From an uncultured delta proteobacterium (lineage in GTDB: Bacteria; Desulfobacterota; Syntrophia; Syntrophales; UBA2185), in the NCBI GenBank assembly GCA_963695875.1, contig CAVOID010000004.1, positions 128,001 through 192,000 on the forward strand: a stretch of DNA of 64,000 nucleotides. The letters run 5' to 3'. Under the pieces are notes generated by a model. That model did no database searches. It had not been told where the DNA came from and worked only from the letters and a program-made list of their open reading frames with translations. Within the stretch, counting starts at the first letter, position 1, and each line of letters opens with the position of its first letter. Made by a program: the position numbers and the translations under genes. This document shows positions 32,830 to 43,421 of the stretch, one piece after another.

Positions 32830-34260
32830 ATGGACATGGTTAATAAAATGACTCAACAAGAGGGGATTAGAACACGTTTTGCCCCATCTCCCACAGGATT
32901 TCTGCACATTGGAGGTGCGAGAACCGCACTTTTTGCCTGGCTTTATGCCAGGCATTTCAATGGGCAATTCATTCTCAGGATCGAAGATACTGATCAGCTT
33001 CGTTCAACGGAGGAATCAACAAAAGCGATTCTCGATGCCTTAACGTGGCTTGGGCTTGACTGGGATGAGGGGCCGTTTTTTCAGGCACAGCGCGTGGACA
33101 TGCACAGGCAAATGGTAAGGAAGCTCCTGGATGAAGGGAAGGCCTATTATTGCGTCTGTACTCCTGACGAACTGGAAGAGAAGAGGAAGAGTGCCCTTGC
33201 GGAGGGTAGAAAACCGAAATATGACGGTACGTGCCGGGATAAAAATCTCCCCAAATCGGCGAATTCGGTGGTCAGATTCCGATGTCCCCATACGGGTATA
33301 ACGGTAGTAAATGATCTGGTTAAGGGCATGATCACCTTTAATAACGAGGAGCTTGATGATCTGGTCATAGAAAGAAGCGATGGCTATCCGACATACAACT
33401 TTGCCGTCGTGGTGGATGATGCCCAGATGGAAATAACCCATGTGATCAGAGGAGATGACCATGTCAACAATACGCCGCGGCAGATTCTTCTCTATGAGGC
33501 GCTGGGATATAAAGTCCCCCAGTTCGGCCATGTTTCCATGATCATGGGGTCTGATAAAACGCGGCTGAGTAAACGCCACGGGGCAACATCAGTTATGGCT
33601 TACAAGGAGATGGGGTATCTGCCGGAAGCCATGGTCAATTACCTGGTCAGGCTTGGATGGTCTTACGGAGACCAGGAGATATTTTCTTTGGATGAACTCA
33701 TCCGTTTCTTTACCCTTGATTCGGTTGGGAAATCCGCCGCCATATTTAATCCGGATAAACTTCTCTGGTTAAATCAGTACTATATCAAGGAATGCCCGAC
33801 GGAGAGGCTCGTCCGGGAGATGATACCGTTCTGGAAACGATTGGGTGTCGATACTACCGATCAGGCTTTTCTCGGACATGTGGTTAATGACCTGAAATCG
33901 AGGGCAAAGACCCTCGTGGAACTTGCTGAATCAAGCTTGTTTTACTTCACGGATGATGTTGCCTATGAAAGCGAAGCAGCAAACGCATTCCTGAAGGAGG
34001 AAATGGCGGATCATCTTAAGGCCGTAGCCGAAGGAATCCCCTCTTTACAGGATTATAGCAAAAAAGGGATGGAGGCATTTCTGCGAACCCTGGCTGAAGA
34101 AAGGGGCATCAAACTTAAAGTGATAGCACAGCCGCTCCGGGTTGCCATCACAGGAAAGACTGTCAGCCCCGGAATTGATGAAGTTATGATCACTCTAGGC
34201 AAGGAGCGGGTGATTAAAAGAATCAACAGAGCTGTTGAGTATATCAAAAACAGGGCATGA
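32830..34260 (+). CDS. gltX: Glutamate-tRNA ligase
   Basis: RFAPSPTGFLHIGG, LRIEDTD, RLSKRHG. Confidence 0.97.
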   Translation: MDMVNKMTQQEGIRTRFAPSPTGFLHIGGARTALFAWLYARHFNGQFILRIEDTDQLRSTEESTKAILDALTWLGLDWDEGPFFQAQRVDMHRQMVRKLLDEGKAYYCVCTPDELEEKRKSALAEGRKPKYDGTCRDKNLPKSANSVVRFRCPHTGITVVNDLVKGMITFNNEELDDLVIERSDGYPTYNFAVVVDDAQMEITHVIRGDDHVNNTPRQILLYEALGYKVPQFGHVSMIMGSDKTRLSKRHGATSVMAYKEMGYLPEAMVNYLVRLGWSYGDQEIFSLDELIRFFTLDSVGKSAAIFNPDKLLWLNQYYIKECPTERLVREMIPFWKRLGVDTTDQAFLGHVVNDLKSRAKTLVELAESSLFYFTDDVAYESEAANAFLKEEMADHLKAVAEGIPSLQDYSKKGMEAFLRTLAEERGIKLKVIAQPLRVAITGKTVSPGIDEVMITLGKERVIKRINRAVEYIKNRA

Positions 34261-34338
34261 TTCTTCCCATTTTGATCTTGACTTTTTACGACTGATTGAT
34301 TAAAAAACCACCTTCCAAATCGTTTATTCCAAAATGAT

Positions 34339-34413
34339 GGTCCCATCGTCTAGTGGTTAGGACGCTGGCCTCTCACGCCGGAAACTCGGGTTCAAGTCCC
34401 GGTGGGACCACCA
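34339..34413 (+). tRNA. tRNA-Glu (CTC)
   Basis: Acceptor GGTCCCA/TGGGACC, anticodon loop CTCTCAC, GTTCAAG T-loop, encoded CCA. Confidence 0.95.
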
Positions 34414-34679
34414 AAATAATAACTGATAGTTACAAAAAAATTTGTAGCTCATCCCCTTTTTTATTTTTCAGTTCCCAAATATTCCCAACAACAGGGGTAA
34501 TGCTTTGTAGGTGTTGACAATAACCATCCGCTTCCCATTTTCAACAAATATCGACCCACCCCCAGCAAAAATTACGGATTGTTATCATCTACCCGACATC
34601 CAGGCTATATAGGTTACGTCCACAGCACCAACTCTAACTATCAGTCAGTTTAGCCCCATAATAAGTTCCCTTGACCTTA

Positions 34680-35120
34680 TCACTTAACCAGCAGAACGGG
34701 ACACTTGGCTCCCCTCAAAACCTTATCTGCGACACTGCCAAGATGCTTAATCAAACCCTTTTTCCCGTGCGAAGCGATCACGATCAGGTCAATACCCTTG
34801 TCTTTTTGCTCTTTTAAAATTATCTCATAGGTATCGCCCTTTTTTACGTCAGAGATAATCTGCAGATCCTTTGATGCAGAGAGCATCTTCACTTCCTTTT
34901 TCAGTTTCTCCTCGGCAAACGCCATACTTTGCTTTTCGACCTGGTCCACGAGAGAGGCGTCCAGGCAATAATCCACGGCACACTGCATTATCTCGTCTAC
35001 CACATGCAGAAGATATATCTTGGATTTATGTTCTGACGCTATGTCCACAGCCTGCTTCAACGCCCTGTCGGAATATTCGGAAAAATCTGTTGGAACAAGA
35101 ATATTTTTCGGTGCAAACAT
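34680..35120 (-). CDS. Universal stress protein
   Basis: ILVPTDFS, DLIVIASHG, GSVADKV...CPVL. Confidence 0.93.
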   Translation of the reverse strand: MFAPKNILVPTDFSEYSDRALKQAVDIASEHKSKIYLLHVVDEIMQCAVDYCLDASLVDQVEKQSMAFAEEKLKKEVKMLSASKDLQIISDVKKGDTYEIILKEQKDKGIDLIVIASHGKKGLIKHLGSVADKVLRGAKCPVLLVK

Positions 35121-35309
35121 TTTTCAACCCTCCATACGTTTATACTAAAATTTAAATCATTATAAACCCCTATTCAACTTTAACCTTTACTTCCTTACTT
35201 TTGGCTTTCTCGCTCTTGGGCAAGTAGCCAATGATTTTATAACATTTTTATTTGTCATTTTTCCCCTCCTTATGGTTGCTTAATTTCCTGGTAATTACTC
35301 GATTAAATC

Positions 35310-35600
35310 TTACCCAACAATCACCTCGTAAAACTGAGGAGTCGGATGACCGTCAAGTAAGAGTCCAACCCGCATGCCAGCTTCATCATGGTCAGGGCTG
35401 GTGTGCATAGCCATAAAGGTCTCATAACTCTCGTGTTCTACAACGGCAGCGTAGTTACCTTGCTTTAAGGGTTTCAGGAGTCGCCGGTTGATGAACCCTT
35501 TATGCTTCGCCAACTCTTTATTTGACCAGGCAAACCACTTTCGAAACTCATCATCCTTTCCCGCCTTGATCGGTGGGAAATTGATAATAACCACAAACAT
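35310..35600 (-). CDS. ABM (antibiotic biosynthesis monooxygenase)-domain protein
   Basis: MFVVI..., GFINRRLL, ESYETF...HTSPDH, FYEV. Confidence 0.75.
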   Translation of the reverse strand: MFVVIINFPPIKAGKDDEFRKWFAWSNKELAKHKGFINRRLLKPLKQGNYAAVVEHESYETFMAMHTSPDHDEAGMRVGLLLDGHPTPQFYEVIVG

Positions 35601-35647
35601 AACAGACACCTCCTTTTTCCTTTTCTCTTTTCTTTTTTTCGAAGTTT

Positions 35648-36193
35648 TCAACACAGATAAATTTCCTTCAATTCATGGAGAAGCTTGTGAAATTCTTCGT
35701 GGACACCCTCCCCAATTTTCTTGCGCTCCAAATCCTCAAAACCTTCCACCAACTCCCTCTGCTTTTTCTTCCCGAGAAGTCTATCGAATATGGGAAAAAG
35801 GACATTGTTTTCCTTCTGGATATGCTGGGTCATAAGGGCGATATACTTTTGGGCATTGGCTGTATATTCTACCCAGGTCAGTTCCTCAAACTTCTTCATC
35901 TGGGTGAGATCATGGTCCATGGCCCGCACATAGCTTCGGCCCTGGCTGTGCTCTCTCAGCAAGAGACCGATGAGCTTTCTCTCCATTGGGATAATGGCCG
36001 GAAATAGCAGGTATTCTTCTTTCCCGTGATGGCATTGATCGACGAAAATCTTAAAAAACTCCATGATCCTTTCCAGGTGGCCTAGATATGCTTTTCCCTT
36101 CGCTTCCATTTTGGTGCAGACCCTTTCCAAGATTTTCAGCATTAAGGCAATTCTCTCATGCTCTTCTTTCAACTGCTCCGCTGGGGTCATCAT
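35648..36193 (-). CDS. Hemerythrin/HHE cation-binding domain protein
   Basis: EEHERI, HHGKEE..LFP, EHSQGR, HIQKENNVLFP. Confidence 0.9.
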   Translation of the reverse strand: MMTPAEQLKEEHERIALMLKILERVCTKMEAKGKAYLGHLERIMEFFKIFVDQCHHGKEEYLLFPAIIPMERKLIGLLLREHSQGRSYVRAMDHDLTQMKKFEELTWVEYTANAQKYIALMTQHIQKENNVLFPIFDRLLGKKKQRELVEGFEDLERKKIGEGVHEEFHKLLHELKEIYLC

Positions 36194-36518
36194 TTCCTCC
36201 TTTATCTTTGGTACGTACTTTTATAATGCTAGCGACAAAGCTAAGGACGATACCATCAGCAATGGTTATACTTTTTATTCAAGAGCTTTTTGCTTCATCC
36301 GGCCAATCTCTGTCTGCATAAAGCATTAGAATCAAAATTCCATAAAATTGTCGCTTATTATTCGAAACCGTTACTGAAAAAATTTAATAAATAACTTGTC
36401 TTACTTGCAGAGCCCTCCTGGTGTGAATGACCTTGCCTTCGCTGCTACAATTACCCTTCCTGTCTCCAAAAGTGCTTTTTCGACAAAATCATACACCATT
36501 AATCCTCTTTTGATTTGT

Positions 36519-38792
36519 CTAGCCAAGTCTTCTGACATATAAATAGGTTTTTACAACGGCAATGAATAGCGGGATGACACCGAATACAATAAAGATCGCG
36601 TCAGCGGGGAGACGCGCCCATTCGATCAATGTTGATATCCTGCTGTCGAGAAATTCAGAACTCCGGGCATGCCAGTATCCGTTTTGAAGGACGTCCCATA
36701 GTTGGAGTACTCCTCCTGGGAAGAGATTGAGAAGAATCATCAAGGCGAGGCCGACATTAAGCGCCCAAAAGGAAACCCGTATGTATTTCTCCAGGTTAGC
36801 CCATCTATCTTCCGGCAGGACCTGCCTCATTGAGAATACCATAAAGGCAACGGCGAACATTCCGAAGACGCCCATAAATGCAGAGTGCGCGTGATTAGGT
36901 GTCAGGATAGTCCCCACTTCGAAATAACTCACGATGGGCATATTGATCAAAAACCCGAAAATACCGGCGCCAACGAAGTTCCAAAATCCCACGGCCGTGA
37001 GATAATAGAAGGTCCATTTGTGTGGAATGGAAATCTCTCTTCCGCACACGTCGCAGGTTCCTCTTGAAAGCTTGATGAAGTCCCAAGCATCAAGCGTAAG
37101 AAGGGTAAGCGGCACCACTTCCAGTGCAGAGAACATTGAGGCAAGAGCCATGGATATATTGGACTGACCTGTCCAGTACCAGTGGTGGCCTGTTCCAACA
37201 ATGCCTCCCGCAAGAAAGAGGATGGCATCGAGATAGATCACCCGTGTTGCCGTGATGCGTGTGACCATGCCGAGCCTGTAAAAAAGGACGGCAATCATGG
37301 CCGTCACAAAGAGCTCGAAGAAACCTTCTACCCACAGGTGAATGATCCAAAATCGCCACATATCGACAACTGAGAAATGACTCTTTCCTGTAAAGAAAAG
37401 AGCAGGCAAATAAAAGAGAGGGATGGCTGCGGCAGTCAGAAGAAAGAGAGAGGCAATCTCCCCTTCCTCTCTATCTTTTCTCAATGGTCCCACGATACGA
37501 AAAAGGAGGAAAAGCCAGATGAGTAACCCGATGACAAGCAAGAGCTGCCAGGCTCTTCCGAGGTCGAGATATTCCCATCCCTGGTGGCCAAACCAGAACC
37601 AGACCTTACCCGTAAACTGATACACTCCGAATAATTCACCAAAGAGACTGCCAAAGATGACGATAAGAAGTGCAAAAAATAGAATATTGATTCCTTTTGT
37701 CTGCCACTTTGTTTCAATGCTTCTTAATGCCGTGGCAAGAAAAATTCCGCCACCGACGTAGCATGTCGCAATCCAGAAAATCGCTGTCTGAAGATGCCAG
37801 GTGCGAAAGATGTTGCTTGATAAATATCTGGAAAAATCAAGACCGTAAAAACTCGACGGATCGGCACGATAGTGTGCAGTGGCGCCGCCCACGAGAACCT
37901 GCGCAAGAAAGAGAAGCATCGCTATGGCGAAGAATTTAATCGTTGCCTGCTGGCTTGCCGTGGCCTCTCCGGGAAGGAGCTTTGGGTGGTAATGATTACG
38001 CACTCCCTTCCACCCGAGGAAATCAAACTTGCCAAAGGCAAAAAGAACCGCTGCTGTACCTGCCAGAAGGGCGATGAGGCTGAGGGCGCTCCATAGAAAG
38101 GTATCGGCAGTGGGACGGTTCCCGACTGTAGGGTCATAAGGGAAATTGTTGGTGTAGGAAAATGATTTCCCCGGACGATTCGCGACAGAGGCCCAGGCCG
38201 TCCATGCAAAGAAGGCAGTGAGTTGCCTGATCTCTTCCGGCTCATGAATAAGCCCAGTCAGGAGCCCCCGATTGACCGCAGGATTGTAAAAGTAGTCCGC
38301 CCATTTTCTGATTTGACTGCGATAAGAAATCACCTCAGGTGTTGTAAAGGTAAGAAAGCCCGTTGCGGTATCATAGCGGTTTGTTTTGAGTAGTTGTTGA
38401 ACTTCCGCATTGAGGACAGATCTCTCAGCCTGCGTGAGGTTCTCGGCGGGACGGTGGAAAAGCACTCGGGAAAAATACGCCGCTGCATCAATTGCCAAGG
38501 TGTGCAGGTATTCAGCAGGAAAGTCAGGACCAAGGTAAGCCCCATGGCCCCAGATCGTTCCGTTTTCCATGAGACCATACTTCAGAAAGACCTCCTGGCC
38601 AGAGACGATGTCATTTCGGATGAAAATAGTCTCACCATCGGAGCTGATGACCTTCTCTGGAATTGGAGGTGAGTTCCCGGAGGTGGTGGCAGCAACCCAG
38701 ATCAGGATTGCAAATCCCAAAATGACAACTAGGAGAACGGACCGTTTCCACCAGGGCGAGAGTCTTTCAATATAGATTTCCTGATCGCTCAT
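36519..38792 (-). CDS. norB: Quinol-dependent nitric oxide reductase (qNor)
   Basis: GHGAYLGPD, YTNNFP, RTWHLQ, HLWVEGFFE, GTGHH, NHAH. Confidence 0.93.
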   Translation of the reverse strand: MSDQEIYIERLSPWWKRSVLLVVILGFAILIWVAATTSGNSPPIPEKVISSDGETIFIRNDIVSGQEVFLKYGLMENGTIWGHGAYLGPDFPAEYLHTLAIDAAAYFSRVLFHRPAENLTQAERSVLNAEVQQLLKTNRYDTATGFLTFTTPEVISYRSQIRKWADYFYNPAVNRGLLTGLIHEPEEIRQLTAFFAWTAWASVANRPGKSFSYTNNFPYDPTVGNRPTADTFLWSALSLIALLAGTAAVLFAFGKFDFLGWKGVRNHYHPKLLPGEATASQQATIKFFAIAMLLFLAQVLVGGATAHYRADPSSFYGLDFSRYLSSNIFRTWHLQTAIFWIATCYVGGGIFLATALRSIETKWQTKGINILFFALLIVIFGSLFGELFGVYQFTGKVWFWFGHQGWEYLDLGRAWQLLLVIGLLIWLFLLFRIVGPLRKDREEGEIASLFLLTAAAIPLFYLPALFFTGKSHFSVVDMWRFWIIHLWVEGFFELFVTAMIAVLFYRLGMVTRITATRVIYLDAILFLAGGIVGTGHHWYWTGQSNISMALASMFSALEVVPLTLLTLDAWDFIKLSRGTCDVCGREISIPHKWTFYYLTAVGFWNFVGAGIFGFLINMPIVSYFEVGTILTPNHAHSAFMGVFGMFAVAFMVFSMRQVLPEDRWANLEKYIRVSFWALNVGLALMILLNLFPGGVLQLWDVLQNGYWHARSSEFLDSRISTLIEWARLPADAIFIVFGVIPLFIAVVKTYLYVRRLG

Positions 38793-38906
38793 TTATTTTA
38801 TTTATAATGGTGGTCATCCAAAATTTGGTATTTTTTCAATCATGTGTTTATGTCTTGACATAGAGCATATCCCATGGAATGAACAGTGAAAATCTTTTAA
38901 ACATTA

Positions 38907-39578
38907 CTATTCATGCCCGACATCTGCGGGACGAGAATCATCAAGAATCAGTCCCATCTTTGCCATGGCCGCGAGAGTGGAAGTGTAATCCTTGTGGACG
39001 ATGCCCCGGATACCCAATGACCCTGCCACATTGACAAACATTTCCCGGTCTTCGAGATAAACCACGTGCGCCGGGTGGACTTGGGCGATATCCAAAGCGA
39101 TCCGGTAAATGTCGGCGTCAGGTTTGCGGTAATGGACGAAACAGGAGGAGATGAAGAAATCGATGAAGTCGATCAGCCTGAATGTATGAATCCGGTAAGC
39201 GGTCAGTTCTTTCCCTTCGTTGCTTACCGCTGCCACCTTCAGTCCATACCGGGACTTGAGCCTACGGATAAAGTCGATCATGTCCGGGAACGGCTTTGAC
39301 TGGGCGAACATGAAGGCCTTGAAATCTTCCGGCTTAAATTGCCGTTCCTTATAGAACACCAGCCGGTACAGGTATTCATCAAGGCTCAGTTTACCTTCCT
39401 CGTATGTATCAAAAGTTAGGTGATGCCTTTCGTCCATTTCTTCGTAATCGAGACCAAAGACCTCCGCTGCCTGCATGCGCATTCTCCTGTCCCAGCCATT
39501 GGTAAGAATAACGTTCCCAATATCAAGGAAGAGATGTGTAATCCGCTCATGCTGCATATTATATATCTCTTTCTTCAT
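38907..39578 (-). CDS. HAD-family phosphatase
   Basis: FLDIGNV, VSNE, RKPD..IY, LEDR..FV. Confidence 0.88.
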   Translation of the reverse strand: MKKEIYNMQHERITHLFLDIGNVILTNGWDRRMRMQAAEVFGLDYEEMDERHHLTFDTYEEGKLSLDEYLYRLVFYKERQFKPEDFKAFMFAQSKPFPDMIDFIRRLKSRYGLKVAAVSNEGKELTAYRIHTFRLIDFIDFFISSCFVHYRKPDADIYRIALDIAQVHPAHVVYLEDREMFVNVAGSLGIRGIVHKDYTSTLAAMAKMGLILDDSRPADVGHE

Positions 39579-39725
39579 TCCTTCGTGGGAACGAGTTTTT
39601 GAGACATCACATGAGTGTATTGTTGATAATATTTTTCCTCTTCTCGGGGAATGTCAGATTGCCGAAAGTTGAGACTATCTAAAAACCGAACAGAAATTCT
39701 CACCCTGGCCTTCCTAGTTCACGAA

Positions 39726-39926
39726 TTAGAGAGCCCCTGGAGAATGCTTTTTCTTTGGTACATTGTTCATCCTCATTTTCAGATCTCTGATCTCAGCGTT
39801 TAGCCTCATGCAAGCTATCTCATACTCATCCCTGAGTTCGGGATCCAAAGATGGATTACTTAAAGCCAGCCTCGTGCAACTTCTGATGATCTCACATTCT
39901 TGAAGATAGCGTTTTAAATCTTCCAC
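39726..39926 (-). CDS. Small hypothetical protein
   Basis: 66-aa helical ORF, no recognised motif. Confidence 0.4.
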   Translation of the reverse strand: MEDLKRYLQECEIIRSCTRLALSNPSLDPELRDEYEIACMRLNAEIRDLKMRMNNVPKKKHSPGAL

Positions 39927-40392
39927 ATTTTTCGACTTCGCTATTTTCTTATATATTTCTTAAACCTCTTTCTAATATTGGAGAAATCAATCGATAAAAC
40001 AGATATATCCTTCAACTATCTTTTTGTTTACTGCATCAATATTATGCAGTGGGCGACGATTTCTAATATTTATTAAATTTACTTTGGCTGTTCAATGAAT
40101 GCAATAATCATAAAATAGAAGCATAATGGTAGGTAAAAAATGATGATAAAAACAGACTGAAGGTCATTAGCTGTCTCATAAATATAATTATGCTGTCACA
40201 GACGTGTTTATTGTGCGTATTGCTGAACTCAATAGTCTCCTTATTCTAATGTAATTAGAAGCTGAAAATCAGAGAAACCCCGATAGCATTCATAACAAAT
40301 TCCTATGTAGGTATAATTGAATAATCGGCGGCAATAATGTTGAAAGTTTACACTTAACCTTTATTGAACACAAATTGAGAAGGAGAACAACG

Positions 40393-40839
40393 ATGAAACA
40401 CAAACCCATTAAATTAAGATTCCTGTTTTTGGGTATTCTGGTTGCCGGTATTATGATTTTCGCTGCCACAATGGACGGCTTGTGCGCTGAGAAGATGTAC
40501 AAAAAGGCTCCCCCCGGAGGCAATTACAAAGAAGTCAGTTCCCTCGTAGCGCTTCCAAACTTCATTCCTGGCCTGGGGACACTATATGTGGATCCTGCAA
40601 CACTGCCGGCTGGACCGTTTCTAGCGTATGACCGCAAAGGCCAACTGGTGAGCACCGTCTACATGATTCCTCTCAAGGACATCAATGATCATAAGGAATT
40701 CAAGAATCTCAAAGTGGCTTCTGGAAAGGTGGATCACGTGGATATGTATTTTAACGCCGGACATCCCGGTGTACCTGAGCCTCATTACCATGTTATTCTA
40801 TGGTATATCTCTCCTGAAAAAGCGGCAGAAATGAAGTAA
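40393..40839 (+). CDS. Secreted His-rich protein (DUF5602/TTHB210-like)
   Basis: RBS AAGGAG, signal peptide, HVDMYFNAGHPGVPEPHYHVILW. Confidence 0.6.
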   Translation: MKHKPIKLRFLFLGILVAGIMIFAATMDGLCAEKMYKKAPPGGNYKEVSSLVALPNFIPGLGTLYVDPATLPAGPFLAYDRKGQLVSTVYMIPLKDINDHKEFKNLKVASGKVDHVDMYFNAGHPGVPEPHYHVILWYISPEKAAEMK

Positions 40840-40852
40840 TCGGAGAGGAGTA

Positions 40853-41437
40853 ATGCAGACGCGAAGGGAGTTCCTTGCGACCAGCGGAGTCGTCTTGAGC
40901 AGCCTCGTCGTATCAGATATACTGCAGTCTGTTTGGCCCTTGTCAAGCGGTGCTGAGTTGTCACGTGCAGCCAGTGCGGCGGGGATCGTTAAAATTGTGA
41001 TGCAGAGCGATCAGACAGGCGCCAATGTGTGGTTTGACCCTATCGGGATATATATCCATCCTGGGCAGACGGTCCGCTGGATTGTGGGCGAGAATGTCCA
41101 CACCACAACAGCATATCATCCGCGGAACGGCAATCACTCACTGAGAATCCCTGAGACAGCCGTTCCGTGGAACTCCGGGTATCTGGTGAATCCTGGCGAG
41201 CACTTCGAGGTAACGCTTGAGACTGAAGGAGTGTACGATTATTACTGTATACCCCATGAGATGTCGGGAATGGTGGGCAGGATTATCGTCGGGAAAGCCA
41301 CCGGACCCGGGGCATTGCCGTTCGATTACTTCAAAGGCAGGGGCGAGACAGCCAATTGGTTACCTGTCCCGGAGGCGGCGCAGAAGGCATTTCCGAGCAT
41401 TGAGCGGATTATGCGTGAAAAGATCGTCCGACGATGA
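40853..41437 (+). CDS. Tat-exported type-1 blue copper protein (plastocyanin/halocyanin-like)
   Basis: TRREFL Tat motif; NVHT and YYCIPHEMSGM ligands. Confidence 0.88.
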   Translation: MQTRREFLATSGVVLSSLVVSDILQSVWPLSSGAELSRAASAAGIVKIVMQSDQTGANVWFDPIGIYIHPGQTVRWIVGENVHTTTAYHPRNGNHSLRIPETAVPWNSGYLVNPGEHFEVTLETEGVYDYYCIPHEMSGMVGRIIVGKATGPGALPFDYFKGRGETANWLPVPEAAQKAFPSIERIMREKIVRR

Positions 41438-41513
41438 TTGACACGGACGATCTATATCTAAAAATAGTCCTTATCCTTTTAGGATATAAGAATCTCCTGT
41501 TAAGGATCTTCTC

Positions 41514-43421
41514 ATGAAAAAGGAATCGGCAAGCATACCGTTGGTAATTCCTCCTGATTCTGCCAAAGCTGGAATGACAGAAGTTTCTGCGCCATCCGTT
41601 TCTGATACAGCCGGTGGTGTAACAATAGACTTCCATTCCGCCAAATTCAATCGTACAGACGATCTGAACGACATTTCCAGAAACTACCGATTCTTTGAGC
41701 CCCTCGATGGCATTATTACCGCAGACATGCGTCATCAGACGGAGCGCCTGCGCGAGGAGAGCTGCTTAGATTCTCCTGCACGTGATGCACCCATATCGAG
41801 AGAAAAAGAAATAAAGGTAAAAAGAGATGAGCCTGAGCCTATTGAAGATCTATCGTCTCTCACCGTGATATCTGAGGGCCGAACGTTGATCGTAGATACG
41901 GATGCCGCGCGCGCCGCCAAATGCGGCGAGATCCTCAGTAGAGAGCGGTTGACCTGCACCATGGTGGTAACAAAAAAGGCAGAGCAAGATGTGCCTCTTT
42001 CCTGGTTCAACCGGCCGGCGTTAATTGAGGCCGATGACGTATCTATTACCGGGGCCTTCGGCGGTTTTGCCGCAGTGGTGACCGTGAAGGGATATCAAAG
42101 GCACCTAACGGAACGATTTGATCTTGTCCTTGATCTTCAGCCCACTCCGTTCTTTGCGGGGAGACGCCTGCCTGTGGGGTATTACGCACCCGGGCAAAAC
42201 CCGGAGGATCTCCGTGATGTACTGGCGGAACTTCCCGAGATGAGAGGCCGATTTGAAAAGCCGCAATTTACGCTTTTTCAGAAAAGCCGCTGTCTTCATG
42301 GCAAGTCACGCAACCGTGATTGCCGCCGGTGTCTGGAGGTCTGTCCCTTTGGTGCGATCCAGACGGATGGTCGGGAAATTTCCGTCAATCATTACCTTTG
42401 TCAGGGCTGCTGCTGCTGCGCCCTCGTCTGCCCTGCGGACGCGATTTGTATGGTGCACCCGTCACAGGCGGAACTTCTAGACATCTTGCAACGCTCCCTT
42501 GAGAGCTGCAAGGCAAACGCTGTTTTCCCGCAGACCCTGGTTATCTCTGACTCGCAAAACGCCGAGGGCAACGGAAAGAATGACAGCGTAGTCAATTTCG
42601 AGGTGGAAGAAATCGGCTACGTAGGACTGGATGTAGTCCTGGCCGCCATCTCTTATGGCGCCCACAGGGTTGTGGTGGCCTGCGGACAGCAGAACCCGCC
42701 CAAGATCAGAGAGGCCGTGGCATGGCAGACACAAATGGCCCGCGCTATACTGAAGGGGCTCGACATGCCTGAAGGCAAGGTCAGGTTTGTCGTCATACCT
42801 CCAGAGGACGATGATTCTATAGAGGAGGTTTTAAGGATGGACGGTCCCGATGTGCAATTTAACAATTCTCCGATGCCACCCTTGGCAGCTTCTTCCGTGA
42901 ACGCCAGGCGGGCTCTTGTCCGCCTGGCCGTGCAGCATCTTTATGACAAATCCGGCGCTAAACGACCGTGGTTTGTCCTGCCGGCAGGTTCTCCGTTCGG
43001 CACAGTGGCCGTAGATCACAACACCTGTACGTTGTGCATGGCGTGTGCAACTGCCTGTCCTTCAGGGGCGCTAGCCGCAGGCGGTGATGTGCCGCGGCTT
43101 CTGTTTATCGAATCACGCTGCCATCAGTGCGGCCTTTGCGAGGAGACATGCCCTGAGCACGCGATTCAACTACAGACAAGGATGCTGTGTGACCCTGAAG
43201 CGCTTGAAGCCCGGGTAGTGCTGCATGAGGCCGATGCGTTCCGATGTATTAAATGCGATTCCCCTTTCGCCCCGAAAGCCATGGTAAACCGCATGCAAGA
43301 AAGACTCAAGGGCCACTGGATGTACACGAACGAACGGCAATTACGCCGGTTGCAGATGTGCCGCGTCTGCCGCACCCGTGATGCCCTCATGTCCGAGGAT
43401 ATGAAATCATGGAATCGGTAA
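41514..43421 (+). CDS. Multi-4Fe-4S protein associated with FDH operons (start uncertain)
   Basis: CRRCLEVCP, CQGCCCCALVCP, CTLCMACATACP, CHQCGLCEETCP, CIKC. Confidence 0.85.
   Translation: MKKESASIPLVIPPDSAKAGMTEVSAPSVSDTAGGVTIDFHSAKFNRTDDLNDISRNYRFFEPLDGIITADMRHQTERLREESCLDSPARDAPISREKEIKVKRDEPEPIEDLSSLTVISEGRTLIVDTDAARAAKCGEILSRERLTCTMVVTKKAEQDVPLSWFNRPALIEADDVSITGAFGGFAAVVTVKGYQRHLTERFDLVLDLQPTPFFAGRRLPVGYYAPGQNPEDLRDVLAELPEMRGRFEKPQFTLFQKSRCLHGKSRNRDCRRCLEVCPFGAIQTDGREISVNHYLCQGCCCCALVCPADAICMVHPSQAELLDILQRSLESCKANAVFPQTLVISDSQNAEGNGKNDSVVNFEVEEIGYVGLDVVLAAISYGAHRVVVACGQQNPPKIREAVAWQTQMARAILKGLDMPEGKVRFVVIPPEDDDSIEEVLRMDGPDVQFNNSPMPPLAASSVNARRALVRLAVQHLYDKSGAKRPWFVLPAGSPFGTVAVDHNTCTLCMACATACPSGALAAGGDVPRLLFIESRCHQCGLCEETCPEHAIQLQTRMLCDPEALEARVVLHEADAFRCIKCDSPFAPKAMVNRMQERLKGHWMYTNERQLRRLQMCRVCRTRDALMSEDMKSWNR

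Noticed and set aside
36519..38792. Nitric oxide dismutase (Nod) instead of qNor
   Set aside because: Canonical HLWVEGFFE and GTGHH ligands are intact
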